Below, in pieces: positions 46,843-55,413 of a stretch of DNA of 64,000 nucleotides. Position numbers and translations under genes: made by a program. The DNA comes from Bacteroidota bacterium (GTDB lineage Bacteria; Bacteroidota; Bacteroidia; Bacteroidales; JACABE01), in contig JACABE010000017.1 in the NCBI GenBank assembly GCA_013377005.1, positions 9,096 to 73,095 of the forward strand, in the 5' to 3' direction. Numbering within the stretch: position 1 is the first letter of the stretch; each line of letters opens with the position of its first letter. The notes under the pieces were generated by a model that made no database searches, was not told the origin of the DNA, and saw only the letters and a list, made by a program, of their open reading frames with translations.

Positions 46843-48060
46843 TTGAAACTACCTTTATATATCGCAAAACGCTATTTATTTTCAAAGAAATCTCATAACT
46901 TAATCAATATTTTATCCGGGATTTCTATTGCTGGTGTTACTATTGGAACTATGGCTCTTATTGTAGTTTTGTCTGTTTTTAATGGACTTGAAAACTTGAT
47001 TTCTTCAATGTATAATTCTTTTGATCCTGACTTAAAAATTGAAAAAAAGATTGGAAAAACGTTTAATATCAATACATTTCCTATTCAGCAATTATCTAAA
47101 ATCGAAGGTATAGCTAATTATTGTGAAGTCGTTGAAGAAAATGCTTTAGTAAGATATAAAAACAAACAGCAAATTGTCCAAATAAAAGGTGTCGACGAAA
47201 AATTTATAAAAGTAAGTAAAGTTGATAATTGTATTGTTGAAGGCAATTTTCTTTTACAAAAAGCTGAAGTGAACTTTATGGTTTTGGGTTATGGAATTTA
47301 TGATATGCTTGGAATACAATTAAATGATTTTGCATCTAATGTTTCAGTTTACATCCCTAAACGCAGTAAAACAATATCCATAGAACCAACAGAAGTATTC
47401 AATAATGAACTAATTACACCTTCAGGAGCTTTTTCAATTCAACAAGACTTTGACACTAAAATTGTAATTGTTCCGATTCGTTTTGCCAGAAAAATGTTGG
47501 ATTATACAACTGAAGTTACAGCTCTTGAAATAAGTTTAAAATCAGGTTTTAACGCAGATAATGTTCAGAGTGAAGTAAAAAAACTTATTGGAAAACAATA
47601 CGTTGTAAAAAACAGATTTCAACAAGAGGAATTATTTTATAAAATCATTAAAACTGAAAAATTTGCCGGAATTTTGATTTTATCATTTATTTTATTGATA
47701 GCTGCATTCAATATAGTTGGTTCTTTATCTATGCTTATTATAGAAAAGAAAAAGGATATTACAATATTGCGTAGTTTGGGAGCTTCTAATATTTTGATAA
47801 AAAGAATTTTTATAGCTGAAGGTCTTTTAATTTCTTTATTTGGTGCATTTGTTGGAATGTTTCTTGGAGGTTTGATATGCTGGATTCAACAGTATTTTGG
47901 AGTAATTCCAATCGAAGGAAGTGGCTCTTTTGTAATTAAATATTATCCGGTTCATTTACAAATTACGGATTTTGTTAAAGTAACCGGAATCGTATTTTTT
48001 ATCGGTTTATTAGCAACACTTTATACTGTTGGTCAAATTTCTAAAAGACTGGAAAGTTAA
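46843..48060 (+). CDS. FtsX-like ABC transporter permease (LolC/E-like)
   Basis: 405 aa with a TTG start. N-terminal TM, a large periplasmic loop, then three C-terminal TMs with the FtsX-type segment ILRSLGASN. Confidence 0.8.
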   Translation: MKLPLYIAKRYLFSKKSHNLINILSGISIAGVTIGTMALIVVLSVFNGLENLISSMYNSFDPDLKIEKKIGKTFNINTFPIQQLSKIEGIANYCEVVEENALVRYKNKQQIVQIKGVDEKFIKVSKVDNCIVEGNFLLQKAEVNFMVLGYGIYDMLGIQLNDFASNVSVYIPKRSKTISIEPTEVFNNELITPSGAFSIQQDFDTKIVIVPIRFARKMLDYTTEVTALEISLKSGFNADNVQSEVKKLIGKQYVVKNRFQQEELFYKIIKTEKFAGILILSFILLIAAFNIVGSLSMLIIEKKKDITILRSLGASNILIKRIFIAEGLLISLFGAFVGMFLGGLICWIQQYFGVIPIEGSGSFVIKYYPVHLQITDFVKVTGIVFFIGLLATLYTVGQISKRLES

Positions 48061-48089
48061 TTTAATACCATCCGCCTATTTTCTGTATC

Positions 48090-48132
48090 GTAAGACAGTA
48101 GAAATTATCATTAATAATTTCTACTGTCTTAC
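48090..48132 (+). terminator. perfect 19-bp hairpin downstream of the permease gene (terminator-like, no T-run)
   Basis: GTAAGACAGTAGAAATTAT-CATTA-ATAATTTCTACTGTCTTAC. The pairing was verified base by base. Confidence 0.45.
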
Positions 48133-48289
48133 ATCTCCTTTTACTGTTAAAATATTCTGGCAATACTATTTTATTTTCATCATGTTAAATAATAAATTCT
48201 TCATAATTTTATATTTTTTCAGGGATCAAGTTTAAAAGTTGTGGGGGGATTTGAAAAAAAGGCGAACTTTGTCGAAAAAAGGCGAACTG

Positions 48290-48655
48290 ATGCACGAATC
48301 ATTTAACCAGTTACTACGATTAATTTTACCAGAAGGAATAGAAAATTATTTTGAATTAAATAATTATACTAAATCAGAAGAAGAACTTCATCTATATTTA
48401 GACGAGATTAATAAACAACCTGAAGAGTTTGTTAAGGATAAACTCACCTCCAAAGGTTTTTTTAAAGAGGTAACAATACAAGATTTTCCGATTCGTGGAA
48501 TGCATGTTTATCTTCACATAAAGCGACGTAGATGGCTTAATGAAAGGAGCGGGCAAGTTGTTTTCAGAGACTGGAACTTAGTAGCCAAAGGTACGCGAAT
48601 CACAAAAGATTTTGCGTCTTTTTTAAAAGAAATCAGTCGATACCCAAGCCTGTAA
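48290..48655 (+). CDS. transposase N-terminal region protein (ISAon1-type)
   Basis: LILPEGIENYFEL...IQDFPIRGMHVYLHIKRRRWLN...RDWNLVAKGTRITKDFASFLK. The ATG at 48290 is preferred over the TTG at 48239. Confidence 0.7.
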   Translation: MHESFNQLLRLILPEGIENYFELNNYTKSEEELHLYLDEINKQPEEFVKDKLTSKGFFKEVTIQDFPIRGMHVYLHIKRRRWLNERSGQVVFRDWNLVAKGTRITKDFASFLKEISRYPSL

Positions 48656-48683
48656 TATTCAAACCATAGGTTCGTTTTATGGA

Positions 48684-49619
48684 GTGGATGGTAAGAAACT
48701 GCAACGGCAATATAAGACCAGACTAAGCGATTATGAACAATGGGAATATCGCAAGAATGCAAAACAGGGCATGGTTTTTACCGAGAATATTGGGCCATTT
48801 TTATCTATCGATGAAACATCATTGAGTCATGGCGAGCTCTATACCATCATAACCAATAAAGAACGCAAAGGTAAAAGAGTTTCTGTTGTAGCGATACTTG
48901 AAGGTACAAAGGCTGAAAGTATTATTGATATGCTTGGCAAAATACCCATCAGTAAAAGAAAGAAAGTACTGGAAGTAACATTAGATTTAGCTCCAAATAT
49001 GAGCCTGATCGTAAGAAAATCCTTCCCAAATGCAGTTCTTGTAATTGACCGTTTTCATGTTCAGCAACTGGCAACAGAAGCTTTGCAAGAGATAAGAATA
49101 AAGCATCGTTGGCAAGCAATTGATGCAGAAAATGAAGCTATAGAACTTGCTAAGAAAAGCAAAAAAAAATACAACCCTGAAGTTCTTCAAAATGGAGATA
49201 CACTCAAACAGTTATTGGATCGTAGCCGATATGTACTATACAAAAATAAGGATAGCTGGTCTGAATCACAGAAACAACGCGCACAAATACTCTTTGAAAA
49301 ATATCCTGACATTAAATCTGCTTATGAAATAACACGCACTTTATCCGATATTTATACACATACTAAAATCAAAATATACGCTTACACTCGTTTAGCAAAA
49401 TGGCATGAAATGGTCGATAAATCTGGATTTAAATCTTTTAATACAATATCAAAAACCATTATTAATAACTATAAGCATATTTTAAACTACTTCAATAATA
49501 GAAGTACCAATGCTTCTGCTGAATCTTTTAATGCTAAAATTAAAGCTTTTAGATCGCAATTTAGAGGTGTTAATGATATTAATTTTTTCCTTTTTAGAAT
49601 CGCTAAATTATTTGCTTAA
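48684..49619 (+). CDS. DDE transposase catalytic ORF (ISL3-like)
   Basis: SIDETS, TLDLAPNM, VIDRFHVQQL and the C-terminal SNASAESFNAKIKAFRSQFRG, which resembles the ISL3 TNGxxEGxNxKIK motif. GTG start. The frame is open from 48627 and overlaps ORF1. Confidence 0.8.
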   Translation: MDGKKLQRQYKTRLSDYEQWEYRKNAKQGMVFTENIGPFLSIDETSLSHGELYTIITNKERKGKRVSVVAILEGTKAESIIDMLGKIPISKRKKVLEVTLDLAPNMSLIVRKSFPNAVLVIDRFHVQQLATEALQEIRIKHRWQAIDAENEAIELAKKSKKKYNPEVLQNGDTLKQLLDRSRYVLYKNKDSWSESQKQRAQILFEKYPDIKSAYEITRTLSDIYTHTKIKIYAYTRLAKWHEMVDKSGFKSFNTISKTIINNYKHILNYFNNRSTNASAESFNAKIKAFRSQFRGVNDINFFLFRIAKLFA

Positions 49620-49685
49620 TTTTTTAATCCCACAACTTTTGAGACTGATCCCAAAATTCATCGTCTACCATATCATCCACTACAA

Positions 49686-49724
49686 TAAAAAAAAACAGCT
49701 ATAATCATTTGAATTATAGCTGTT
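49686..49724 (-). terminator. intrinsic terminator of the (now truncated) tRNA-Leu gene
   Basis: On the minus strand, an 11-bp stem ACAGCTATAAT / ATTATAGCTGT followed by T9, 16 nt beyond the tRNA 3-prime end. Confidence 0.6.
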
Positions 49725-49739
49725 TCGTTTAGTTAAACG

Positions 49740-49797
49740 TACCCCGGGCGGGACTTGAACCCGCACGACCGCAATGGTCACAGGATTTTAAGTCCAG
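49740..49797 (-). tRNA. tRNA-Leu(UAA) 3-prime fragment: anticodon arm, long variable arm, T-arm and 3-prime acceptor strand only (att-site remnant)
   Basis: The reverse complement reads CTGGA-CTTAAAA-TCCTG (anticodon TAA), GACC-ATTGC-GGTC variable arm, GCGGG-TTCAAGT-CCCGC T-arm, CCGGGGT-A. The sequence 5-prime of the anticodon stem has no D-arm or 5-prime acceptor strand. Confidence 0.7.
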
Positions 49798-49861
49798 CAA
49801 GCAATATTAAAATACTGTAAAATCAGCTATTTCAGGCTTACATTTTGATGCAAAATACAAC

Positions 49862-49897
49862 ATTTCCGCACCCATTTCCGCACCCACTTCCGCACCC
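49862..49897. repeat. three tandem 12-mers ATTTCCGCACCC / ATTTCCGCACCC / ACTTCCGCACCC
   Basis: Read directly. They lie 65 nt inside the island from the tRNA fragment. Confidence 0.85.
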
Positions 49898-50198
49898 TAT
49901 ATCCTACAAAATATAATCTGTAAATTTAATACCATATATTTTTTGGCATTACTATTTTATGTGAGTGTAAAAAGTTCCTCCTCCTTTTACTTGGCGTAAA
50001 TTATGCGTAAAGTGATCATAAAATCCAGTTTAATGGGAAAAAGTGAATTGGTGATTTATTTTCAAAGATTATTTTGGGAAATTTATTCAATATACACCAT
50101 TAATTTGGAAAAATATTGACGATAGTTATTATTACTAGAAAAAATATTTTATTATAGAAAATTTATTTAAAAATATATCTTATTTTAGAAAAAATATA

Positions 50199-50206
50199 TA
50201 ATTTTG
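50199..50206 (+). promoter_or_regulatory. Bacteroidota -7 promoter box (TAnnTTTG) for the Fic gene
   Basis: TAATTTTG lies 19 nt upstream of the ATG at 50226, preceded by three TAGAAAA(A)AT repeats. Confidence 0.4.
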
Positions 50207-50225
50207 TTCTTTTAAATATTGTATT

Positions 50226-51701
50226 ATGGAAAATAAGTTAAAAGTTTATTATAAAGATATCATTTTTGCTTCTTCTAACCCTATTGAAATTAGGAAAAAT
50301 AAAAAATTGCTTGACGAAGGTTTGATTAGGAAAATTGCCCCAAAAATATATTCCGCAAATCTTATAGATAATCCAGCAGATATTATTAGAACAAACCTGT
50401 TTGAAATATTGAGCCATCAATACCCGGGTGCTTTATTAAGCCATCGTAGTGCCATAGAATTTAAACCTACTTCAAAAGGAGTTATTTTTCTGACATATAC
50501 TTATACAAAAAAAATCACATTGCCTGGTGTTACTATAAGTTTATTAGAGGGGAATCCTCCAATGAATGGTGATAATATGTTTTATGGTACTTTATATGCT
50601 TCACAATTTGAAAGGGCATTATTGGAAAATTTACAAATTAGCAAGAAGCCAGGACCAGAATCTAAAACTTTGTCAATTCCAGAGATTGAAGAAAAGCTTG
50701 AATCTTTTATAAGAGTTAAGGGTGAAAACGAATTAAATTTAGCTAGAGATCGAGCCAGAGTTTTATCAATTCAGCTCAATATGCAAAATGAATTTAATAA
50801 ACTCAATACAATAATCAGTGCTCTTTTATCAACAAAACCAGTAACCAATTTAAAATCAAAAATTGCTATTGCAAGAGCTATCGGTTCTGCTTATGATCCT
50901 GAAAGGAAAAAAATATTTGAAATGCTTTTTCAATCCCTTATTTCAAATTCATTTGCTAATCGCCCTGAAAAAAACAATACATCTAAATCATTTCGGAATT
51001 TTGCCTTTTTTGAAAGTTATTTTTCAAACTATATTGAAGGAACCAAATTTGAAATATCTGATGCTAAAACGATAATAGAATCTGGCATAGCATTACCAAA
51101 CCGTCCTGATGACTCCCATGACATTTTAGGTACTTATAAATTAGTATCTTCGTTAAATAATGTAAGAATTGTTCCTGAAAATTTTGCACATTTTATTGAA
51201 TTACTTTTAACCCGTCACAAAATTTTATTAGAAGGAAGACCCTATATCATGCCGGGTGAATTTAAAAATACAAACAACAGAGCAGGGAATACTTTTTTTG
51301 TTGATTATAAATTAGTCAGAGGAACGCTGGAACAGGGTTTTGAGTATTATAAAGCACTAAGAGAACCATTTGCAAAGGCAGCATATATCATGTTTCTGAT
51401 TAGCGAAGTGCATCCTTTTAATGATGGAAATGGACGTACAGCAAGACTATTTATGAATTCAGAATTAGCTATAGCAAATCAATCTAAAATTTTGATTCCA
51501 TCTGTATATAGGGACGATTATTTATTATCATTGAAAAAACTTTCACAGCAAAAAAGCCCCGAATCTTATATCAAAATGCTTGACAGAATTCATCAATTCA
51601 GCGAAACGGTCGTTGGTGATAACATAGATGTAATGCAAAATTATTTAGAATCATGTAATGCCTTCAAAGAATCAGAAGATATCTACAGATTAAAATTTTG
51701 A
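50226..51701 (+). CDS. Fic-family protein (class II, auto-inhibited) with an AbiEi-like N-terminal domain
   Basis: HPFNDGNGRTARL Fic active-site motif. Upstream SNYIEG matches the (S/T)xxxE(G/N) inhibitory helix. The N-terminal ~200 aa (GLIRKIAPKIYS, GALLSHRSAIEF) resemble AbiEi-type antitoxin domains. Confidence 0.85.
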   Translation: MENKLKVYYKDIIFASSNPIEIRKNKKLLDEGLIRKIAPKIYSANLIDNPADIIRTNLFEILSHQYPGALLSHRSAIEFKPTSKGVIFLTYTYTKKITLPGVTISLLEGNPPMNGDNMFYGTLYASQFERALLENLQISKKPGPESKTLSIPEIEEKLESFIRVKGENELNLARDRARVLSIQLNMQNEFNKLNTIISALLSTKPVTNLKSKIAIARAIGSAYDPERKKIFEMLFQSLISNSFANRPEKNNTSKSFRNFAFFESYFSNYIEGTKFEISDAKTIIESGIALPNRPDDSHDILGTYKLVSSLNNVRIVPENFAHFIELLLTRHKILLEGRPYIMPGEFKNTNNRAGNTFFVDYKLVRGTLEQGFEYYKALREPFAKAAYIMFLISEVHPFNDGNGRTARLFMNSELAIANQSKILIPSVYRDDYLLSLKKLSQQKSPESYIKMLDRIHQFSETVVGDNIDVMQNYLESCNAFKESEDIYRLKF

Positions 51702-51930
51702 TTTTCTATTTTGATTAAATGTTCAAATTCTTAATAATGCATGATGAATAAATTTCTGTTGTTCTGCATTTAAATTGTTGGATAAATATACTCTTGCCAT
51801 TATATATATAATTATACAGGGCAGTTTTTACCCCATATATTACCACAAAACACATTACAAAAGGACACATGTTTTTATAAAAACAAAAAAGAGTATAATA
51901 ATCAAATTTTTTATCCTATGGCCTATAAAC

Positions 51931-51980
51931 GGAATTTACCTAAATTCCTTTGGTCTATGAATGGAATTTGCCTAAATTCC
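51931..51980. promoter_or_regulatory. two copies of an 18-bp palindrome GGAATTT(A/G)CCTAAATTCC spaced 32 bp start to start (operator-like)
   Basis: 51931-51948 and 51963-51980. Each has perfect 8-bp arms around a CC centre. Confidence 0.45.
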
Positions 51981-52093
51981 TTCGTTTTGTTCTTTTTATT
52001 GTTTTGTATAGGAAGTGCCAAATTTACACCTTCATTCATTTTTCATTTTAAATTAATTATATAAGAGTATTTAATAGTATTAAATATAATGTA

Positions 52094-52134
52094 TTTTGTC
52101 TCATGTTTTCATAACATGTCCCAAAAAGACAAAA
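52094..52134. other. nested inverted repeat (candidate oriT or regulatory hairpin)
   Basis: Outer arms TTTTGTCT / AGACAAAA, inner arms CATGTT / AACATG, with an 8-nt bulge. It lies in the 837-bp gene-poor region upstream of the mobilization operon. Confidence 0.3.
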
Positions 52135-52538
52135 CTTGGTACACGTAACCAAATTAAATTTATTTTATATTTTGTTCAATAGATTTTAAAAAAGTAATGC
52201 TTTCTGTTACATTCTCTTTATATTTTTTATTATCAACAAGATTCTTACCACCTTTTACCTCATTAATCTCTTTTAAAACTAAGTTGCCCTGCATACACGC
52301 ATTCATCATTGAAGGAGCGAATGTAAAGGATATTTGCAGAAAATATTTACACATAGTAAATGTAAATTGAGTGTAAAGCTATTGTAAAGCCAGATGTAAT
52401 AAGAAAAAGAGAAACGTGAATTAATATTGCAACAAAAAATTGAAAGCAAAAAAAGTCAAGTTGCATTTAAAAAATCCAGAGCTATGATGCAGTTCCAATG
52501 TAAAAATTAAAAATAGTATTCATTTAAAACTTAAAATC

Positions 52539-53186
52539 ATGTTTAAATTCAGAAATGACACCCGATTCGTTGAATACCCAAAAGCAGTAACAGGGCAATA
52601 TTCAATAAAAGCAGAACAAAAAATTGCAGAGAACAAAACCGAAGATCGTTTTAATACAAAATGGATTACCATAGGTTATCTCACCAAGAAGTTCAGTAAG
52701 GAAGAAAACAAGTACATCTACACAGCGACCGATTCAGCAGGAAATCAAATTTTCCAAAATATCAAAGAACTACATGTTTTAAAACAAGCGTTTCGAGACA
52801 ATGGAAAGCAATTAGCTGAAAATGCACAGATGGTTCGTTTGGCAAGAATAAGCAAAACCAACAAATCAGAAAGAACGAATAACCGCCAAAGAAACATAGA
52901 TTTAAAAAACCTTAGAGATAAGAAAAACCATGAGGTTTTAAAACAAGAGCAAAAAGCCAAAAACCTGAAAACAGAAAAAGAACTGGATGCTAAAAATACT
53001 GAGAAATATAAAGATACTGAGCATTCCAAAACTGAGAACCCACCTAAAGAAACTTCTCAGGAAGAAGTAAAACCCGACATAGAAAATCAAGATGAGCAAG
53101 ATAAAGTATCGGAAAGAATGGATGAGTTAGAAGAAATCAGAGAACAAGATAATGGTATAGAACAGGATTTGGAAATGGATATGTAA
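52539..53186 (+). CDS. hypothetical protein, N-terminal globular domain plus highly charged Lys/Glu-rich tail
   Basis: 215 aa ORF and first gene of the operon. The segment KYIYTATDSAGNQIF is paralogous to CVLYTASDLESQQIF in the next ORF. Confidence 0.55.
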   Translation: MFKFRNDTRFVEYPKAVTGQYSIKAEQKIAENKTEDRFNTKWITIGYLTKKFSKEENKYIYTATDSAGNQIFQNIKELHVLKQAFRDNGKQLAENAQMVRLARISKTNKSERTNNRQRNIDLKNLRDKKNHEVLKQEQKAKNLKTEKELDAKNTEKYKDTEHSKTENPPKETSQEEVKPDIENQDEQDKVSERMDELEEIREQDNGIEQDLEMDM

Positions 53187-53202
53187 ACCAAAAGTAATCC
53201 CA

Positions 53203-53577
53203 ATGAAAAAGACATCATCAGAAAAGAGCTATATCTCTTTCAGCACACCTGACCCAATTAACAGCATCGTTTCTGTTTTCAAAGTTTTCCCAGACGGTTC
53301 AATGGAAACTATAGGGAAGATAAATTCTTATTACCTACTCGAAGAAGGATGTGTGTTATACACAGCTTCCGATCTTGAAAGCCAGCAAATCTTCCCATCC
53401 TCTACCGATTTTACAGAAATTGAGAATCAATTTATACAATATGCAAAAGAACAATCCGAAAAATCATTTATTGAAGCCATGAAGGCAGAAGCTGAAAAGT
53501 CAACAAACCGCAAAGAATCATTAAGACATATTCGAAATCTAAAATTTAAGGATTTCGAATTTAATAAATCATATTAA
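53203..53577 (+). CDS. hypothetical protein, paralogous domain to the preceding ORF
   Basis: 124 aa ORF, 16 nt after the previous stop. Shares the YTA(S/T)D....QIF segment. Confidence 0.55.
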   Translation: MKKTSSEKSYISFSTPDPINSIVSVFKVFPDGSMETIGKINSYYLLEEGCVLYTASDLESQQIFPSSTDFTEIENQFIQYAKEQSEKSFIEAMKAEAEKSTNRKESLRHIRNLKFKDFEFNKSY

Positions 53578-53599
53578 TAACTATTTAAATTTCAACAAA

Positions 53600-54682
53600 A
53601 TGAAAAAAATCGACAAAATTTCAAAAGTGACAACGTTTCAAAACAAAGAAGTAGAAGCTAACTTCAAACAAAAAGAAAAAGAAGTAATGACCTTAGCTCA
53701 AAGGTCGGGGAAAACCTTTGGTGGTAACAATCTCCCTGAACCTATTGGAGATAATTTAGTCCCCTATATTGGAGACTTTAAAACAATCTGCGAAGAGTTG
53801 GTTTCTTATACAGACGAAAAGCTACAGTCTCATTCTCATGTTCCTGAATTCAACACAGATAAGAATAATGTTATGGAGGAGGAAGGTAAAATTAAGGAAC
53901 ATAATTCAGAGATTGAAAATTCTCTTAAAAATTTAAAAAGTGAGATAGAAAGTATGGATGTAGAGGATTTTGACAAAAAAATAAAATTTATTTTAATAGT
54001 AAGTACAATTTTATGTCTATCTGAGTCAGCCTTTAACACTATAGCTTTTGAAGCTGTTGGTGACAACCTATTATTTGCGATTGCTCTTGCAGTACCTATT
54101 ACCATATTAATTTTACTTATCTCTCATGTATTTGGTACACAAGTTAGAAAAATACAAAATCCAACCACAAAAAAACTCACTATAGTAGGTGTATTGTTAG
54201 CAATGATACCAATATTTTATGTATTGGGGAGTTTGAGAACGATTGTTATGGAAAAAGAGGGCAACACAGGAATAGGAATAATAACTTTTATAATCATCAA
54301 TTATTTCTTCTTTATAGCTACTGCAATTTTATCTTATAAATACTGGCCAACTAAAGAAGAAAGCCTACAACATGAGGAATTAAAAAAACTAAAAGCCGAA
54401 TACAAAAAAAAGGAAAAGGAACTTAAAAATAATCATCAGCATATGACTCAATTAAATGTTGGATTGAATAGTAAGGCTATACATATCAATCACATATCCT
54501 ATTCCAGAGAATATTATGTTGATAAGGCTACAAAGTTATACAACAAAGCTGTTTCTGTTTTCATAAAGAATAACATAATGCACCGTAGCGACAGAAAAAT
54601 ACCGGACTGTTGTATGGAACCCTATCCTAAATTAAATATCACAGGCAATTTTGATTATCATTTAACCAATAATAAAAATTAA
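53600..54682 (+). CDS. hypothetical membrane protein: coiled-coil N-domain, 4 TM helices, second coiled coil
   Basis: 360 aa. TM helices FILIVSTILCLSESAFNTIAF, LLFAIALAVPITILILLISHVF, LTIVGVLLAMIPIFYVLGSL and IGIITFIIINYFFFIATAILSY. The Lys/Glu-rich segment HEELKKLKAEYKKKEKELK follows. Confidence 0.6.
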   Translation: MKKIDKISKVTTFQNKEVEANFKQKEKEVMTLAQRSGKTFGGNNLPEPIGDNLVPYIGDFKTICEELVSYTDEKLQSHSHVPEFNTDKNNVMEEEGKIKEHNSEIENSLKNLKSEIESMDVEDFDKKIKFILIVSTILCLSESAFNTIAFEAVGDNLLFAIALAVPITILILLISHVFGTQVRKIQNPTTKKLTIVGVLLAMIPIFYVLGSLRTIVMEKEGNTGIGIITFIIINYFFFIATAILSYKYWPTKEESLQHEELKKLKAEYKKKEKELKNNHQHMTQLNVGLNSKAIHINHISYSREYYVDKATKLYNKAVSVFIKNNIMHRSDRKIPDCCMEPYPKLNITGNFDYHLTNNKN

Positions 54683-54684
54683 AC

Positions 54685-55401
54685 ATGAAAGCACTATTAT
54701 ATATTTTAGGCACCCTTTTAATTATTTCACTTCCTTTAGCATGGCTGTTTTTCAACAGCCATGCTCTATCGATTGATACAGTGATAATTAATGATCATAC
54801 AGATTATTTCACAGTAAAACCAAAAGCGGATGAAATTAAAAATCTATATGATTTTAAAAACAATATCTGGGATGAAGCAAATTTTCGATTGATAAATATT
54901 ACGGATATAAATATTAATAAAACATATCAGGCTAAAATTGAATCCGAGAATTACCTTTTGAGTAATAAATTCAAGCGTAAAGAAAAGATAAAAGCATTTT
55001 TAACTGATATAGATAAAATCACCGTAAATTCAGAAAAAGAGAAAATAGGGAAGGATTATTCTGCAATATACGAACCTATAGCTAAAGAATTAAACCGTTT
55101 AAGCCAGCATAAAGCCGACAAAAAATACATGCTTATCTATGGAGATTTAATGCAAAACACCGATGAAATTTCATTTTACGATAAAAATGTTTTTGAGAAG
55201 CTCAAATCTAATCCAGACAAAATAAAGCAATATTTTAATTCTCAAGTATCGTTGAATAATTTAGGTGGTATAAAAATAATTCTACTTTTCCAGCCCAACA
55301 ATATTAAACAGGATGTGGAATATAAAGTAGTAAGTGAATTCTACAAAAAGCTGTTTGAAGAAAAAGGTGCAAAAGTAGAAATCACAGCTAATCTGAATTA
55401 A
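54685..55401 (+). CDS. hypothetical N-terminally anchored extracytoplasmic protein
   Basis: 238 aa with an N-terminal TM (LLYILGTLLIISLPLAWLFF). Starts 2 nt after the previous stop. Confidence 0.55.
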   Translation: MKALLYILGTLLIISLPLAWLFFNSHALSIDTVIINDHTDYFTVKPKADEIKNLYDFKNNIWDEANFRLINITDININKTYQAKIESENYLLSNKFKRKEKIKAFLTDIDKITVNSEKEKIGKDYSAIYEPIAKELNRLSQHKADKKYMLIYGDLMQNTDEISFYDKNVFEKLKSNPDKIKQYFNSQVSLNNLGGIKIILLFQPNNIKQDVEYKVVSEFYKKLFEEKGAKVEITANLN

Positions 55402-55413
55402 AAACCTGAAGAA

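Larger units (their letters stand above)
48222..49652 (+). mobile_element. ISAon1/ISL3-like insertion sequence with a two-ORF transposase
   Basis: Terminal inverted repeats GGGATCAAGTTTAAAAGTTGTGGG (left) and the reverse complement of the right end, GGGATCAGTCTCAAAAGTTGTGGG. They enclose two transposase ORFs. No clean target-site duplication (TTTTTTCA vs AAAATTCA). Confidence 0.8.

Noticed and set aside
48029-48235. 68-aa ORF between the FtsX-like permease gene and the IS.
   Set aside because: It spans the perfect 19-bp hairpin and the IS terminal repeat, overlaps the end of the permease gene, and has a low-complexity translation. It is most likely non-coding.
49862-49897. CRISPR array or minisatellite interpretation of the tandem 12-mers, and likewise of the 11-mers at 61894-61925.
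   Set aside because: The units are contiguous with no spacers, there are only 2-3 copies, and no cas genes are present. They are better explained as protein-binding repeats.
52160-52354. 64-aa minus-strand ORF in the island control region (possible small regulator).
   Set aside because: No helix-turn-helix or other recognisable motif, an implausible Cys/Met-rich N-terminus and no promoter box. It may be real, but the sequence alone does not support a call.
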